Source: Chiloscyllium plagiosum (lineage: Eukaryota). Taken from it: DNA of 62,000 bases. Position 1 is the stretch's first letter. Each line of letters opens with the position of its first letter. The stretch lies in contig NC_057751.1 in assembly GCF_004010195.1 (NCBI RefSeq), positions 8,809,611 to 8,871,610 on the forward strand, in the 5' to 3' direction. Of the stretch, positions 49,973-62,000 are shown piece after piece. Made by a program: the position numbers and the translations under genes. The notes beneath the pieces were generated by a model. The model was not told the DNA's origin. It saw only the letters and a program-made list of their open reading frames with translations, and ran no database searches.

Positions 49973-51659
49973 AGTTCAAAAATATGTAATGCATAACAAA
50001 TTTGCCTATCATGTTGCTGGCAAAAGATAAAATTTATCAAAACAATCCTGTCATTTGCCAAGCTCACTTTGCATGTTTACCAGCTTCCAGTCATGACTTA
50101 ATTCAAGTATGTTAGACTTCTTCATGTATCTTGTTGCTTTAGCAGCTCAGTTATGTGATTGTACAAATTATCTGCTTGGAAAGCTAAGCATGATATCTCA
50201 AGTATAAGTTAGGTAACAAACCAATTGTTGAACCCTCTCCTGAGGTTTAACAAAGCCCATTCTATCCTAACAAGTCAGGTCCTTTCAATTCAGTGTCAGT
50301 TATCATCATAATCCATCTTAAAGCTGCACAGCCTTTTCTGTAGTCATGCTTCATGCTTGTCTTGTGCCATCAGGTTTCTGGAACATAGACCAAGATGACT
50401 GGATCGTCCAGGGTGATGCTTGGATAGCTACCCAAAGCAAAGAGATGAATTTTAAGTAATGTCTTAGAATGGGTGATATAGACAAGTGAAAACACAACAC
50501 TGAGTTCATGAGTTTATGGACTACAGGAACAGTGAAAAGATGGAGTATTTAATCGAGATCAGGACAGCATGAGGCCAATGAGGGATTTGAAAACATGCAG
50601 ATTTGCAAAATAAAGGATCAGATCCACCAGCACATCCAGGCAATGCATTTGAAAGAAAACAGTGACCTGAAGCAGCTTGCAAACCATCTTCAACAGTTTG
50701 CTTTCCAATGCTTCAGCTGGAAGGTATGGGATAGACATTCTCATCAAAAATGGTGTTTCAATAACTAAAATTGAAGAAGGGCACAATTCAAGATTGTGCA
50801 TTAAACATGGCTTTCTCAAAAATAAAACTTCATGCATCTCTGCCTCTATACTGTCATGCTCTCAAATTTATCTGTTTTGCAAGCCAGTGATAAGAATATT
50901 CAAAAAATTTTATTAATAAATGTTGATCTCAACTCCATGCCCAGGAATTTCAAACTTGCCTCCATACAGTGCTTGTCTGTCACCCCCATTGGCAACAACC
51001 ACCAATGCAGTGGAATATACCAGGGCATCACATCCCATCAAGACCGCAACCAAAAACTCTACACACAATATCCAGGAACCTGAACTAACAGGAAAACGCT
51101 GTTTTGCTTTCCATATTCTGAAAAACTCAGCCTCATAGCTCAAAAAAAGAAAGCCTCTGGAACAGTGGTCATTCATTGGCTACTTGACACAATGGCTATC
51201 AATGCAGGTTGAATGTTTTTCTGACAAACTTTTGTTTCCTGTCTTAAGAATCAGACTTCAAAAAAATCTACCAGATTGCTGAGAATGCTTTTTACTGGGA
51301 GAAGGCTCAAGGTACTCCTTACGCAAGAGATTTCAAACTGAAAACTTCTTGAAGTGACGGAACAAGACTGGCAACTTTCAAGTCAAAAAAATACACAACT
51401 CCAGTGGTTAGCTTTGTGTCTCAGTTCGTTTCACATCAAGACTGTTGCATTGCACTGTAAAGCTAAGTAGTACCCAAGTGTCTCAATGAACTATATTTAC
51501 ATGGAACTTTCAAGCACAATTCAAGGTCAACACTGGCTGTGCAACTTCATCTTCAGTTGTGCATGAATCTACATCTTGGTCTTTCAGGTACTGGCGCAAT
51601 TGCTCCATTTGAGGTCATTAACCCAAAGTCACTGTTCATAGCAGTCATGTGCTGAATTA

Positions 51660-51852
51660 CAGGTCGTTCTGCTATAACACGCTTCACTAACATGAATTCA
51701 TTATAACACAAATCAGGGAAACTTTCTCAAAATCCAAACTTTTAAAGCGTGTATTAGTGAAAATGCAATTCTAGTTTAAATAGTGTGTTATATTTCCTTA
51801 TAACACAGGATTACACAAGAACAGAACTACTGGGCTTTAGCAGAACTGACTG
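51660..51852. mobile_element. Probable Tc1/mariner-type MITE
   Basis: ta|caggtcgttctgctataac ... gctttagcagaactgactg imperfect terminal inverted repeats with internal ttataacac repeats. Confidence 0.55.
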
Positions 51853-52664
51853 CAATCCAGATATGTAAATTGCAAAGGCTCAATTTAATACGGCGTTAAT
51901 CATGCCATTTTCGTTAAATACTTGCTAACCGTAGCTATCGAAGCAGACATGCACTCAGCAAGTGTTTTTTTTCTGGTGCTTCGACTTGGAAGTTTCTTCT
52001 TGCATCTTGGAAACCTCACATGGTCACACCAGTGGATATCCAACAGTTTTAAAATCATTTTATAATTTCACACACATTCCATGTGCGAAACTGTCAAGAA
52101 CATTGTTCCTAAGTGTTGCTTTGAAACAAGGAAATATTCAAACTAAGCTTTGAGCAAGCTTGGGCCATTACCTCATCCACAGCACAATTCCTAAGCTGCC
52201 AACTCCATTAAAAAAAAACTAAGACCAAAGATCACAAGAGCCAACCCACCCAAACATCAAAATGCAGCCTTCTTCTCCCAGACACCAAACAAATTAAAAG
52301 TTCTCTGCCATCAACATCGACACCAAACACCCAGGTTAGATCCGGATATCTGCTGGTAGATTTAACAAACAATGCTCTCACAGTGTTACCACCCATCTCA
52401 ATTTATCCACCCATTTAATTCTATCACCAAGATAGAGAGGAACAGTACAATATCAAGGGAACCTCAGCACCTCCTGCTGGAAATACTTGCGAGGCAGCAT
52501 GTAATGCCATTGGTCTGGAATGTCAACTGCTTTACTACACATCTGCTGTATGCCTTTTAAAATATTTCAATCATTCTTCGATTTCTGATTCCGAGCATTG
52601 TTGCTGAAATATCTCCTGCTATTTGTCTCTATCACTGCCAAATGAAGATCCAATATTGTTGGTG

Positions 52665-53590
52665 CATAAGAACTAGAAGCAGGAGTAAGCCATCTGGTCC
52701 TTCAAGCCTGCTCCGCCATTCACTAAGTTCATGGCTGATCTTTCCGTGGCCTCAGTTCCACTAATCTGCCCTCTCACGAGAAGCCTTAATTCCTTTAAGG
52801 TTCAAAACAAATGTCTTAGCTTTAAAAACATTTACTGAAGCAGTGTCAACTACTTCACTGGGCAGGGAATTCCACAGATTCACAACCATCTGGTTGAAGA
52901 ATCTCCTTTTCAATTCAGTCCAAACTCTACTCCCCCTATTTTTGAGGCTACATCTTCTTATCCTTGTTTCACTTGCCAGTGGAAACATTCTCTCTACTTC
53001 TATCTTATCTATTATCTTCGTAATTTTACATTTCTTTAATATCCCCCTCATTCTTCTGAATTCCAATGAATACAATCCCAGTCTACTCAGTCTTTCCTCA
53101 TAAGCCAATCCCCTTAACTCCAGAATCAACTGGGTGAACCTCAACTGCACGCCCTCCATTACCAGTACATCCTTTCTCAAGTAAGGAGATCAAAACTGCA
53201 TGAAGTACTCCATGTGTGGCCTCACCAGCACTCAGTACAGCTGCAACATAACCTGCCTGCTTTTCTACTTCATCCCTTTAGCAATGAAGGACAACGGTCG
53301 TAAGGCAGGTATGTTCCTCTACGAAGTTTCATGGTCCTCTGCACACTTAGCTCTGCCACGCATCCTAGTGTCATCTGCAAACTTGGACACACCACCCATG
53401 CTCCCCAACTCCAAATCTATGTAAATTGTGAATAATTGCGGTCTCAACACTGATCCCTGAGGCACACCACAAGCTACTGATTGTCAACCAGAATGGCACT
53501 GATGTATTCCCACACTTGGCTTCCTGTTAGTCAACCAATCCTCTATCCATGTTAATACTTCACCTGTAACTCCACATATCTTGATCTTCT
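52665..53590 (-). mobile_element. CR1 LINE, 5'-truncated
   Basis: EGVQLRFTQLI..LAYEERLSRLGLYSLEFRRMRG, NLWNSLPSEVV, WIEDWLTNRK. Confidence 0.92.
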
Positions 53591-56049
53591 GCATTATCAA
53601 TACCTTTGAAAGCAGTTTACCACCTTGGGAACTGGAGTTCAGAAATAAACAAGTTGCACCAAAAAAAAACTCCAAGTGTCAAACTCAGAAAACTTAACAT
53701 TTCCATGATGACTGATCCAAAGCAAAAATGGAAACCACTTCCAGTGCTGTTAACGTCACTGATCAAAGCACTCTAAAGAAAACACACACTCCCGAAGGTC
53801 GGTTGCTGCATTTCTTCATATGGCATTAGAAATCATAAAATATCAACAAGATTTGTGCTCACAATTGAGTTGCAATACACTGAACACATTTGCCTCCTTA
53901 ACCCATTACAACCCAAAGACACCTGGCAAGTGAGTCACGAATGGGAAAATCTGAACTCTGGCCTCTATGACTTCTATGTAAAGTGAAGCCATGTCATGAA
54001 ACACAATAACTTGCCCCCTAGAGACAACTTCCAATATTGCAAAAAAAAGTACTTTCTCAAACTGAACCAACACATGTTTTTGTCAATGTTATTGCAATCA
54101 TCTCAACCTCATTTCAAAATCTGGTTAATGTTTTACAACACCCAGAATTTCATTTATATGACAAGAGCCTGAAATTTGGTCAATTCTATGTCAGTAGCCA
54201 GCTGATGGTTAGTGATTCATTCCAGCTGGCTTACCAAATTTAGCGTCATATCCCAGCTTGCCTAGAAGCAAATTAAACCAAGTTATACTTCAACAAATAA
54301 CTTGACCCAAACAGCCTCTCGAGTTCTTCCCCATTTATTTATCCGCTTGGTCAAAAGACCAAATCAGCTCAGTTGGAAATGCATCATGACAATCAATCTC
54401 AGGGACAAGCCTCACGAGGCAAATACCAATTCCACAAAGTGGTGAGAATCGGTGGAGTGGATTGTAACCCAGGCAAATGTTGGACATCTAGCAGACATTA
54501 TACTGTCCGTACCTCTGGACCTTAATGTACTGAAGGTCCATTTCAAGTCCCACTTGGTCTACATATGTACCATAACACAACCCAACAGATTGATGGAAAC
54601 GACCAACCACTCCTCATGCAGCATCATTCCAAGACTTGCGTGGCCATCTGGTACTGAGCTTGAACACCAAGAGAACTTGAAATGACAGAATACCTTTAAC
54701 ATAGTAAATCACTCTAGCCAGAGACTGAGTGCCAGCAAGTTAATCAACATAGGAAAATGTTATATCTTAACATATTACTATTCCCTGCTAACACTGCTCC
54801 TCTTGCCCTTGGGCAGTAATCAGGAGTCAAGCAGTTTGTCCAACTGTCCTCCTTCAAACCCAAAGTCATGAAGAGCAACTGATATATTTCCAACTGTCAT
54901 GTTGGTCAAGATCAAGATTTGAATCTTACACAGTACTTCAACGGTCGGAATGATTGAATATTACAGATGTCACAGCATGCATTTAAAACCTGCAATCGCA
55001 TTTGGACAATCCAGGTGTTGATCACACTGATCCCCCTAACATCAAATTATCTTGTGTGTTTACAAGGTTTTGTCTGTCACAAATGTACACCCTAAAAGGT
55101 TTCATCTGACAGCCTGTTCACAGCTTGCACACCTACAATGGGGTGATTAAATTCAAAGACTAAAAAGTGAAGTCACAATGCATATCCACTCCCAATTCAC
55201 TTTTAACTGGCACAAGATATTCATTGATGCATGGCATTAATCTAAGCTATACACTTTAAATCATGCAATCAAACGGTCAGTACATTCCATCTCAGAGCAC
55301 AAAGCTGCACCCGAAATTCACACCATGCAGGCCAACACGCTTTGTGAGGCAAACACAACAATGAAGTAATGGTAACTCAAAGATGGCCCGAGGCTCTAGG
55401 TTGCTGAATGTTCCCAGAATCTGAACCTTGTCCATTTACTGACACCTTGTTGGAGCTTGGGTGGACAAAGAGCCACGTTCGATTTTGCTGTTGCCTCACT
55501 TGACTCAAAGTCCAAACATTAGGGACAAGAATTAAGTCAGAAAAACACCTCCACCTGTTAAAATGGTCCATAGAGCCATGAACATTTTCCAAGTAGAGAA
55601 CAAAGAAATGGCACAAAAATAGTTGCGCATGGATTTCACTTGTTTTTTTTTTAAGTCTTCTGCAACAGAGTAACATTGCTTAGACATAACTTAGCCAGTG
55701 AGGCAGTCAGGATCTTGGCCACAAGTTAATATTTGTCAAATTTTAATGATCAAGAAGAAACACTATTTTCTTACCCAAATAATGTCTAAAAGCTGTAGGC
55801 CCTGCCCAACCTCAACCCCTTGGTATTGCACACAATTAAAAACAAACGTATGTTATTTCCCTTGGCTCCTTGTACAAGGCAACGTGCCCAGTTTATAGGT
55901 GTTGCAGACAGTTTTTACCAAACTGAATAATCGGATCTTACCCCCTCATTATATTATTTGCTCTCTCAGAGCATGCACGAATCACTGCGAAGTGACACAC
56001 AACTGTTGCCCGAACTGGACTACAAGTGCTTTTTTAAGGTCGTTACAGA

Positions 56050-56285
56050 GGGTACTTAAGAGTCAATCACAAGTGAAGCAGACCAGTCAAGGATGGCAAA
56101 AACTTCAGAGTAAACCAGATAGATGTTTCTATTGATACAAATAGTCTTCATGAGATAATTAAGACTACTTTTCAATTCCAAGTTTGATGTGTTAGAATTA
56201 TATTCTCACGAGTTGGCATTCTGGGATTTCAACTAGTGACGCTACAACCCATGAGCTTGGGTCTCTGTATTAACAGTCAGTAAAA
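56050..56285 (-). mobile_element. Decayed tRNA-derived SINE-like element
   Basis: Loose similarity to 26100-26275 (ctgggatttcaactagtg...ggtctctg). Confidence 0.35.
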
Positions 56286-57638
56286 TGACCACTTCCTCCA
56301 CTCCCATGTGCACCAACTTCTCCATTTATCAACTGGAAATTAGTGAGAGATACAATTTAGTGCTCCCTCAAATACTTAGTGGTTTATCATTTAGGTTGAG
56401 ATGGTAACAAAGCATATAGAGCAGGAGCTTCCAGAGTGTAAACCCAGAATTAACTCAGCTTGTTTTTAGGCAAAGACCATAAGTGAAATTTAAGTAGATA
56501 CAACATCCACAAGCACACAGAAATTGCATGTTAGCAACCTCATGCATGAACACCAAGATTCTGAAATCATGCAAGCAGTTCAGGCCAACTGCAGGTCGAA
56601 AGAAGAGCAAACAGATTGCTTGAGACATAGGTCATCTGTGTAGCATTAGACAGTGCACTTACTCATCTTAAATACACAAATCTTCTTTGAAGCATCACCA
56701 GTGCAAATGGGAAAACAATAACCATGAATTAGAACTATATGTTTAAGATGCACCTGATTCACAATGCAAAATAACAATAAACAGTTCAAAAGTAAATTTG
56801 GAATTCAGACCATGGGTATAAAAGGGGCAACGTAGGATACTTGTAATCATCCTCTGTAGTAATGTTACCTTCCAAAGCACAGTTCGCACTTATTTTGAAC
56901 ATAGTCCAGCGTAAATATTAGACTTTAACCATACTTTCTTTTGCAATACGCAAACTCATCTCAGCAGTACCAGCAATTTCCCCAACTTCAGTACTTCACA
57001 CTAAGCAATTCTTTCACTACATATTCTATCCTTCTCGATATGCCCAACTACACTTTTTCTACCAATCGGTCAAGAATGAAAACAATATGGACATATAAAG
57101 CAATGAAACTAACATGCATTTCATGCACGGCAATTTTGAACTTAAAAATTTCAGAAAAATTGGTTGTCATGCATATGCTCTGGACCTCATTACCTCAAAA
57201 AATTCAAGAATTTGTTTGATCAAGATTCTGATCTTCTGACTTAATATTTCTATATATGGCTTGTTGCCAAATTCTGTTTTTTTTTCCAAAACTTGTGGTG
57301 TAGTCCATGATGTTACATGTGCTACAGAATTATATCTTGCTGGTTTCACTGATACACAACTCCATTTCATGCAGCCACCTGAACCCAGTCAGAACGCCTC
57401 TTGAAAAGATCAACATTTCGGTTTGAAAGAATTACTGTATCAATTACAGACAAACATTCTTGAATGTGATACCCTTGAGGATGCCAAGATGTTCAAACTT
57501 GGAAAATGAAGAGGACACACCAAATTGATTAATGAAGGTTTTGTCAGAAAGACTTGCTCAAATGCAGTTCCAAGAGGTATTCCTTTTCACCACAGTTACC
57601 CTGATTAAGCCCTCAACAATCCAGTTCATCACACAATT

Positions 57639-58490
57639 ATAGAGTCATAGAGATGTACAGCAGAGAAACAGACCCTTCAGTCCAACTCGCCCATGCCGAC
57701 CAGATATCCTAACTTTATCTAATCTAGTCCAATTTGCCAGCATTTGGCCCATAACCCGTAAACTCTTCCTATGCAGATTCCCATCCAGATGTCTTTTTAA
57801 TCTTGCAACTGCCCCAGCCTCCGCCACTTCCTCTGGCAGCTCATTCCATACACATACCATCCTCTGCATGAAAAAGTTGCACCTTAGTTCCCTTTTATAT
57901 CTTTCCCCTCTCACCCTAAACCTATGCCCTCTAGTTCTGGACTCCCCCACCCCAGGGAAAAGACTTTGTCTATTTACCCTATCCATGCACCTCATGATTT
58001 TATAAATCTCTATAAGGTCATTTCTCAGCCTCCGACACTCCGGAAAAATGCCCCAGCCTCTTCTGCCTCTTCCTATAGCACAAACTCTCTAACCCTGGCA
58101 ACATCCTTGTAAATCATTTCTGAACCCTTGGAAATTTCACAACATCTTTCCGACAGAAAGGCGACCAGACTTGCTCGCAATATTCCAAAAGTGGCCTCAC
58201 CAATGTCCTGTACAGCTGCAACATGACCTCCCAACTCCTATACTCAATGCTCTGATCAATAAAGGAAAGCATACCAAACACCTTCTTCACTACCCTATCT
58301 ACCTGTGACTCCACTTTCAAGGAGCTATGAACCTGCAATCCAAGGTCTCTCTGGTCAGCAACACTCTCTCGGACCTTCCCATTAAGTGTATAAGTCCTGC
58401 AAAGATTTGCTTTTCCAAAATGCAGCAACCCGCATTTATCGAAATTAAACTGTCTGCCACTCCTCAGCCCATTGGCCCATTTGATCAAGA
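57639..58490 (-). mobile_element. CR1 LINE, 5'-truncated, relatively young
   Basis: LQLYRTLVRPLLEYCEQVWSP, SRTRGHRFRVRGERYK, VWNELPEEV, and a (ctatga)-type terminus. Confidence 0.95.
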
Positions 58491-61400
58491 TTCCAAATTG
58501 TCACAAGTGTCTGTGCCACAAGTCTTTGTGTAGTACAGACATCAACAAGACGTCACAGTGAGGAGGGACAAACTTCTTCAGTAAACAATTTCTTGCACAG
58601 CCGACAGGACACACGATCAGGAGGACGCATGTAACATTCCATCTGTGAAGTGTTATAATGGGATGAGCACAGTATATTCTACCAAACAGCACACAGTCCT
58701 TTAACAGCAGTGTTGGAGGCTGAGATATTTCCCACACACAGAATAAAGGATAAAGATTTGTGTGCGTGGTGTGTTGCAGTAAAAACCTTATTCAGATCTG
58801 GCATAGCAGTCAGGTAGAAATCAAAGGCAATATGAGAATTGAGTATTTTAAGATGTGCTGAAGTGGATCAGATTTGAAAAAAAAAGCCATCCTCTCCCAA
58901 GTCTTTCATATTCAAAACCCTGATGTGTGCTGGGCCAGAGCCATAGGTGCTGCTCAACCACCAAGGGCCACTCCTCTTATCTGAGCCCAGACACCAATTA
59001 GAGAACATGATTCCACTGCAGGGATTAACATAACTTTGCCCAAGCTTGCCCTAAGTGAGAATTCAAGCAAACATTTCTAAAACAAATCACTCAGTAATGA
59101 TCAGGAGCTAGAATGCATTCAATGTCCGTTCCTCAACACAGGGCCAGAGATCATTTGCATTATCTCAGATGAGTTAGCTAATCCATACACAGGCCTCCAA
59201 ACAAACATGAAAACTAATTCTTCATGATTAATGTCAAGTCAAGTATTTTCCCAATTAACCATGACTGACTCTTCGTTAAGAAATAAAATTTAATAGTTTA
59301 AGCACAAACTGTTGCCATGGTTACAACTACTCTTTTCAAAGACACTTATTTGCAGTGCTAACTTCTGTTCTGGGTTCCTGTTAATGGCAGTCTGGGTTTT
59401 AGACAGGTGGAAGCACAGCACAGTGCCTGCCTTTTTCAAAACCATCAGGACAGTCTTACCTGATGCACAATGATACAGTGCTTGGGTATCGATGGCTCTC
59501 AACCAATGGTTATGCACTTAAAAAGTGAACAGTGGTGAACTTCAGGCTCACTTGCGCCAATTACATTACCAGGATTCCCTGAAAGGTATCTGCATTCTTT
59601 AGAATGCAAGGCCCAAGGATTTCATTTTAACACTGTGCTATCAGATTGAAGTGCTGAGATGATCACCTCCAATCAATCTCATACCTCTTCAGTCTTAACT
59701 CAGTTCAGTCCTTGTCATCAGCTACCTTATCAGTTCAGAGTTGTTGCAAAACCATCATGTTGCCAACTCTGAAGAAAAAGATCAAACTCAAAATGTTAAC
59801 TGTTGCTCTGCACACTATTTGCCATACCAGCAGAGTTTCTCCAGCACTACTTCTATTTCAGATCTCGAGCATCTTAAGTTTTTGGCTTTTATTATTCAGA
59901 CTCAAACTGGTAGCATTGTTACTGGTGAGGTAACATCACGACAGAGCATTCAGTAATGCCACATTCCAAAAACAGCATTATTTCAGCACAAAAATATCAC
60001 CAGAACTTCCAAATAAAATGGTGAAATCACTATTGCTGAAGATTGATAACATATCACAAGTAGATATAACATCCAGTAATATCAATTCTCATCCTCACAT
60101 TGGGCAAAAAATTTAAATCTTTTCAATACCATTTATGTTTACTTGGCAGATTAACCTGTAAAGTTAAGCCAAAGATAGTTCTGCTGATAGCTGGCTTTGG
60201 GTTATACAAATGGTCACTAACATTTCAAGTACAAGACAATTAATTAATTAAAGCTTAGCAAGTGCATTTATTTCAACTATCGTCGTTATATTCACTTTTT
60301 CAAAAACTTGGACCAAGTCCAAACATCATCTTAAACTGCAAGCATCACTAGGTCACTCCCTAAGCAGAGCAGACTGAGAAATTGCTTAAAATACGACCCA
60401 ACATTTGGAGGTAATGGTTTCAGGAAGCTTATTTCTTCCAACAATGCACTGGTGTACAATGCCTCTCAATGCTACCAAAAGATCACATCTTCACAGTGGA
60501 TAATAAAGAGTCTGTTTCTGTGCTGTATGACTGTGACTCAATAAGAAAGAAAATAAAGGTTGGCTGTCAAAATTATGGCCAGTGGAACACACAACCTACA
60601 AAAGATAAACAGGATAACATGTTGTAGATTTGTTCTGGAAGGAAAAGATGATCAAATGGAGGCAAGGGCCATCTATATTTGAAAGCAATGAACAGGCCAG
60701 ACATGAAAATATACTGATGCCCCATCACATAAACCGGTTCAAAAGGAATGCCACGCTCACACACCAATAAATTAAGAGCTGTATGTAAGTTTTTTTAGAG
60801 ACACATCAGGCACTAAGACCTGGACCAAGTATGCTTCGCTATTAATTCTGTCACTTGATTCAGTCAGTTAAACACTGCCTTTGGGGTATGGTCCATCACA
60901 CAATATAAGCATGTGTTCCATTTAGACCACAGCAAAGAACAAAGATGTTGTTAAAGATCTTTATCCAATCTGCCCTTTTTCCACACCTCTCACTTTGTGT
61001 TTACCCCAAATACCAAACGGGAAGAGCAAGCCACATCCTTTCAGACAATGATATCTGAAGTCAGGCAGTCTTGCTACTTTTTGAGGGCATCCAATTTCAA
61101 GTGGGTTTAACAGTTAAATTTGACAAAACTTCTTATTTCAAGGAACTTCACATGAGCTGGGCACCACATTAAGATCTATGGACAGATTGAAATCAATGTC
61201 ACCACACTGATTTCTGAGACAAGTACTCAAATCTGTTTTGTTCTGTGTACACATTTGGAGGAGTTCAAATTTTCACTCTTCCAGTCATCACCAGGACTTC
61301 AGCTTGACAGCACACAAAGCACCCTCCAAACACAACCCACATTTGGCACCAGTTAACCGGGAAATGTTATGTGATTGAGGGTTCAAGGAGTGAGAGTAGT

Positions 61401-62000
61401 GCAACTACATTTTATGACAAATGTCACGGCAGTACCTGCATACAGAAACCAAACGTTTTGTGTACTGTCCAGTTGTTATGACCAGTGGTCGATATTGAAA
61501 CACACAAGCTAGTCACCCAACACATCAGCTTGCAGATTCATCTTAAACGTTGTAATCATTCATGAGAATTGAAATGCAGGATGCCTCTTTTTAGATGGCC
61601 TACTATTTGCAGCGAAAAGAACAAAAACTGCAACTTCTCAATGATGTGAATGCCACCACTTTAGTTGATTCGATTTGTGCAAAAGGCAAATATGAGGCGT
61701 CCCTGTCAAGCAAGGAATACTTGGACCCCCACAGAAAACATTTCAGTTAAAAACTATTTCAATTCAATTTCAACTGAAATCCTACTGCATTTCGGATCAT
61801 TTAGATATGAAATCCAAAATCCCAAACCATTGGAAAATGGGTGGGTTTTATGCTGAATTAACATCTTCAACTACAATATCCATAACATAAATGTGATTCA
61901 CACTTCACTGCCAACTCATGCACTTGCTCCCACCTTTATGAACACATCCAACATTACCGACACATACAAGAAACGACACATTTAATGGGAGCATCTTGCA

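Noticed and set aside
18600..62000. Search for canonical upstream exons and a CpG-island promoter of PPP2R2A
   Set aside because: No matching peptide and no CpG island seen; presumably beyond the right edge. A very short exon could have been missed.
1..62000. CRISPR array, operon or other prokaryotic system
   Set aside because: No regularly spaced repeat-spacer array or dense long ORFs; spliceosomal exons and vertebrate retroelements explain the window.

Overview
Eukaryotic (vertebrate) DNA, not microbial. The repeat landscape (abundant CR1 LINEs, Penelope-like elements, Rex1/Babar tails, a tRNA-derived SINE, solo LTRs) suggests a cartilaginous fish, probably a shark (inference). The whole window appears to be intronic sequence of a minus-strand PP2A B55 regulatory subunit gene, best matching PPP2R2A. 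Two canonical exons are present (10045-9948, 98 nt; 5694-5529, 166 nt); the neighbouring canonical exons were not found and probably lie outside the window. Two things stand out. (1) A candidate alternative first coding exon at 17989-17902 (MKCFLCNFSQSIKSSSSGLQLMSTASYDQ) ends in a phase-1 donor that fits the next exon, and its start resembles the mitochondria-targeting B-beta2 exon known from the paralogue PPP2R2B. (2) At least four Penelope-derived repeat families each carry a minimal, dimer-type hammerhead ribozyme motif with fully covarying stems, including a very young palindromic insertion at 48.9-49.2 kb. Repeat boundaries were read by eye and are approximate unless stated otherwise.
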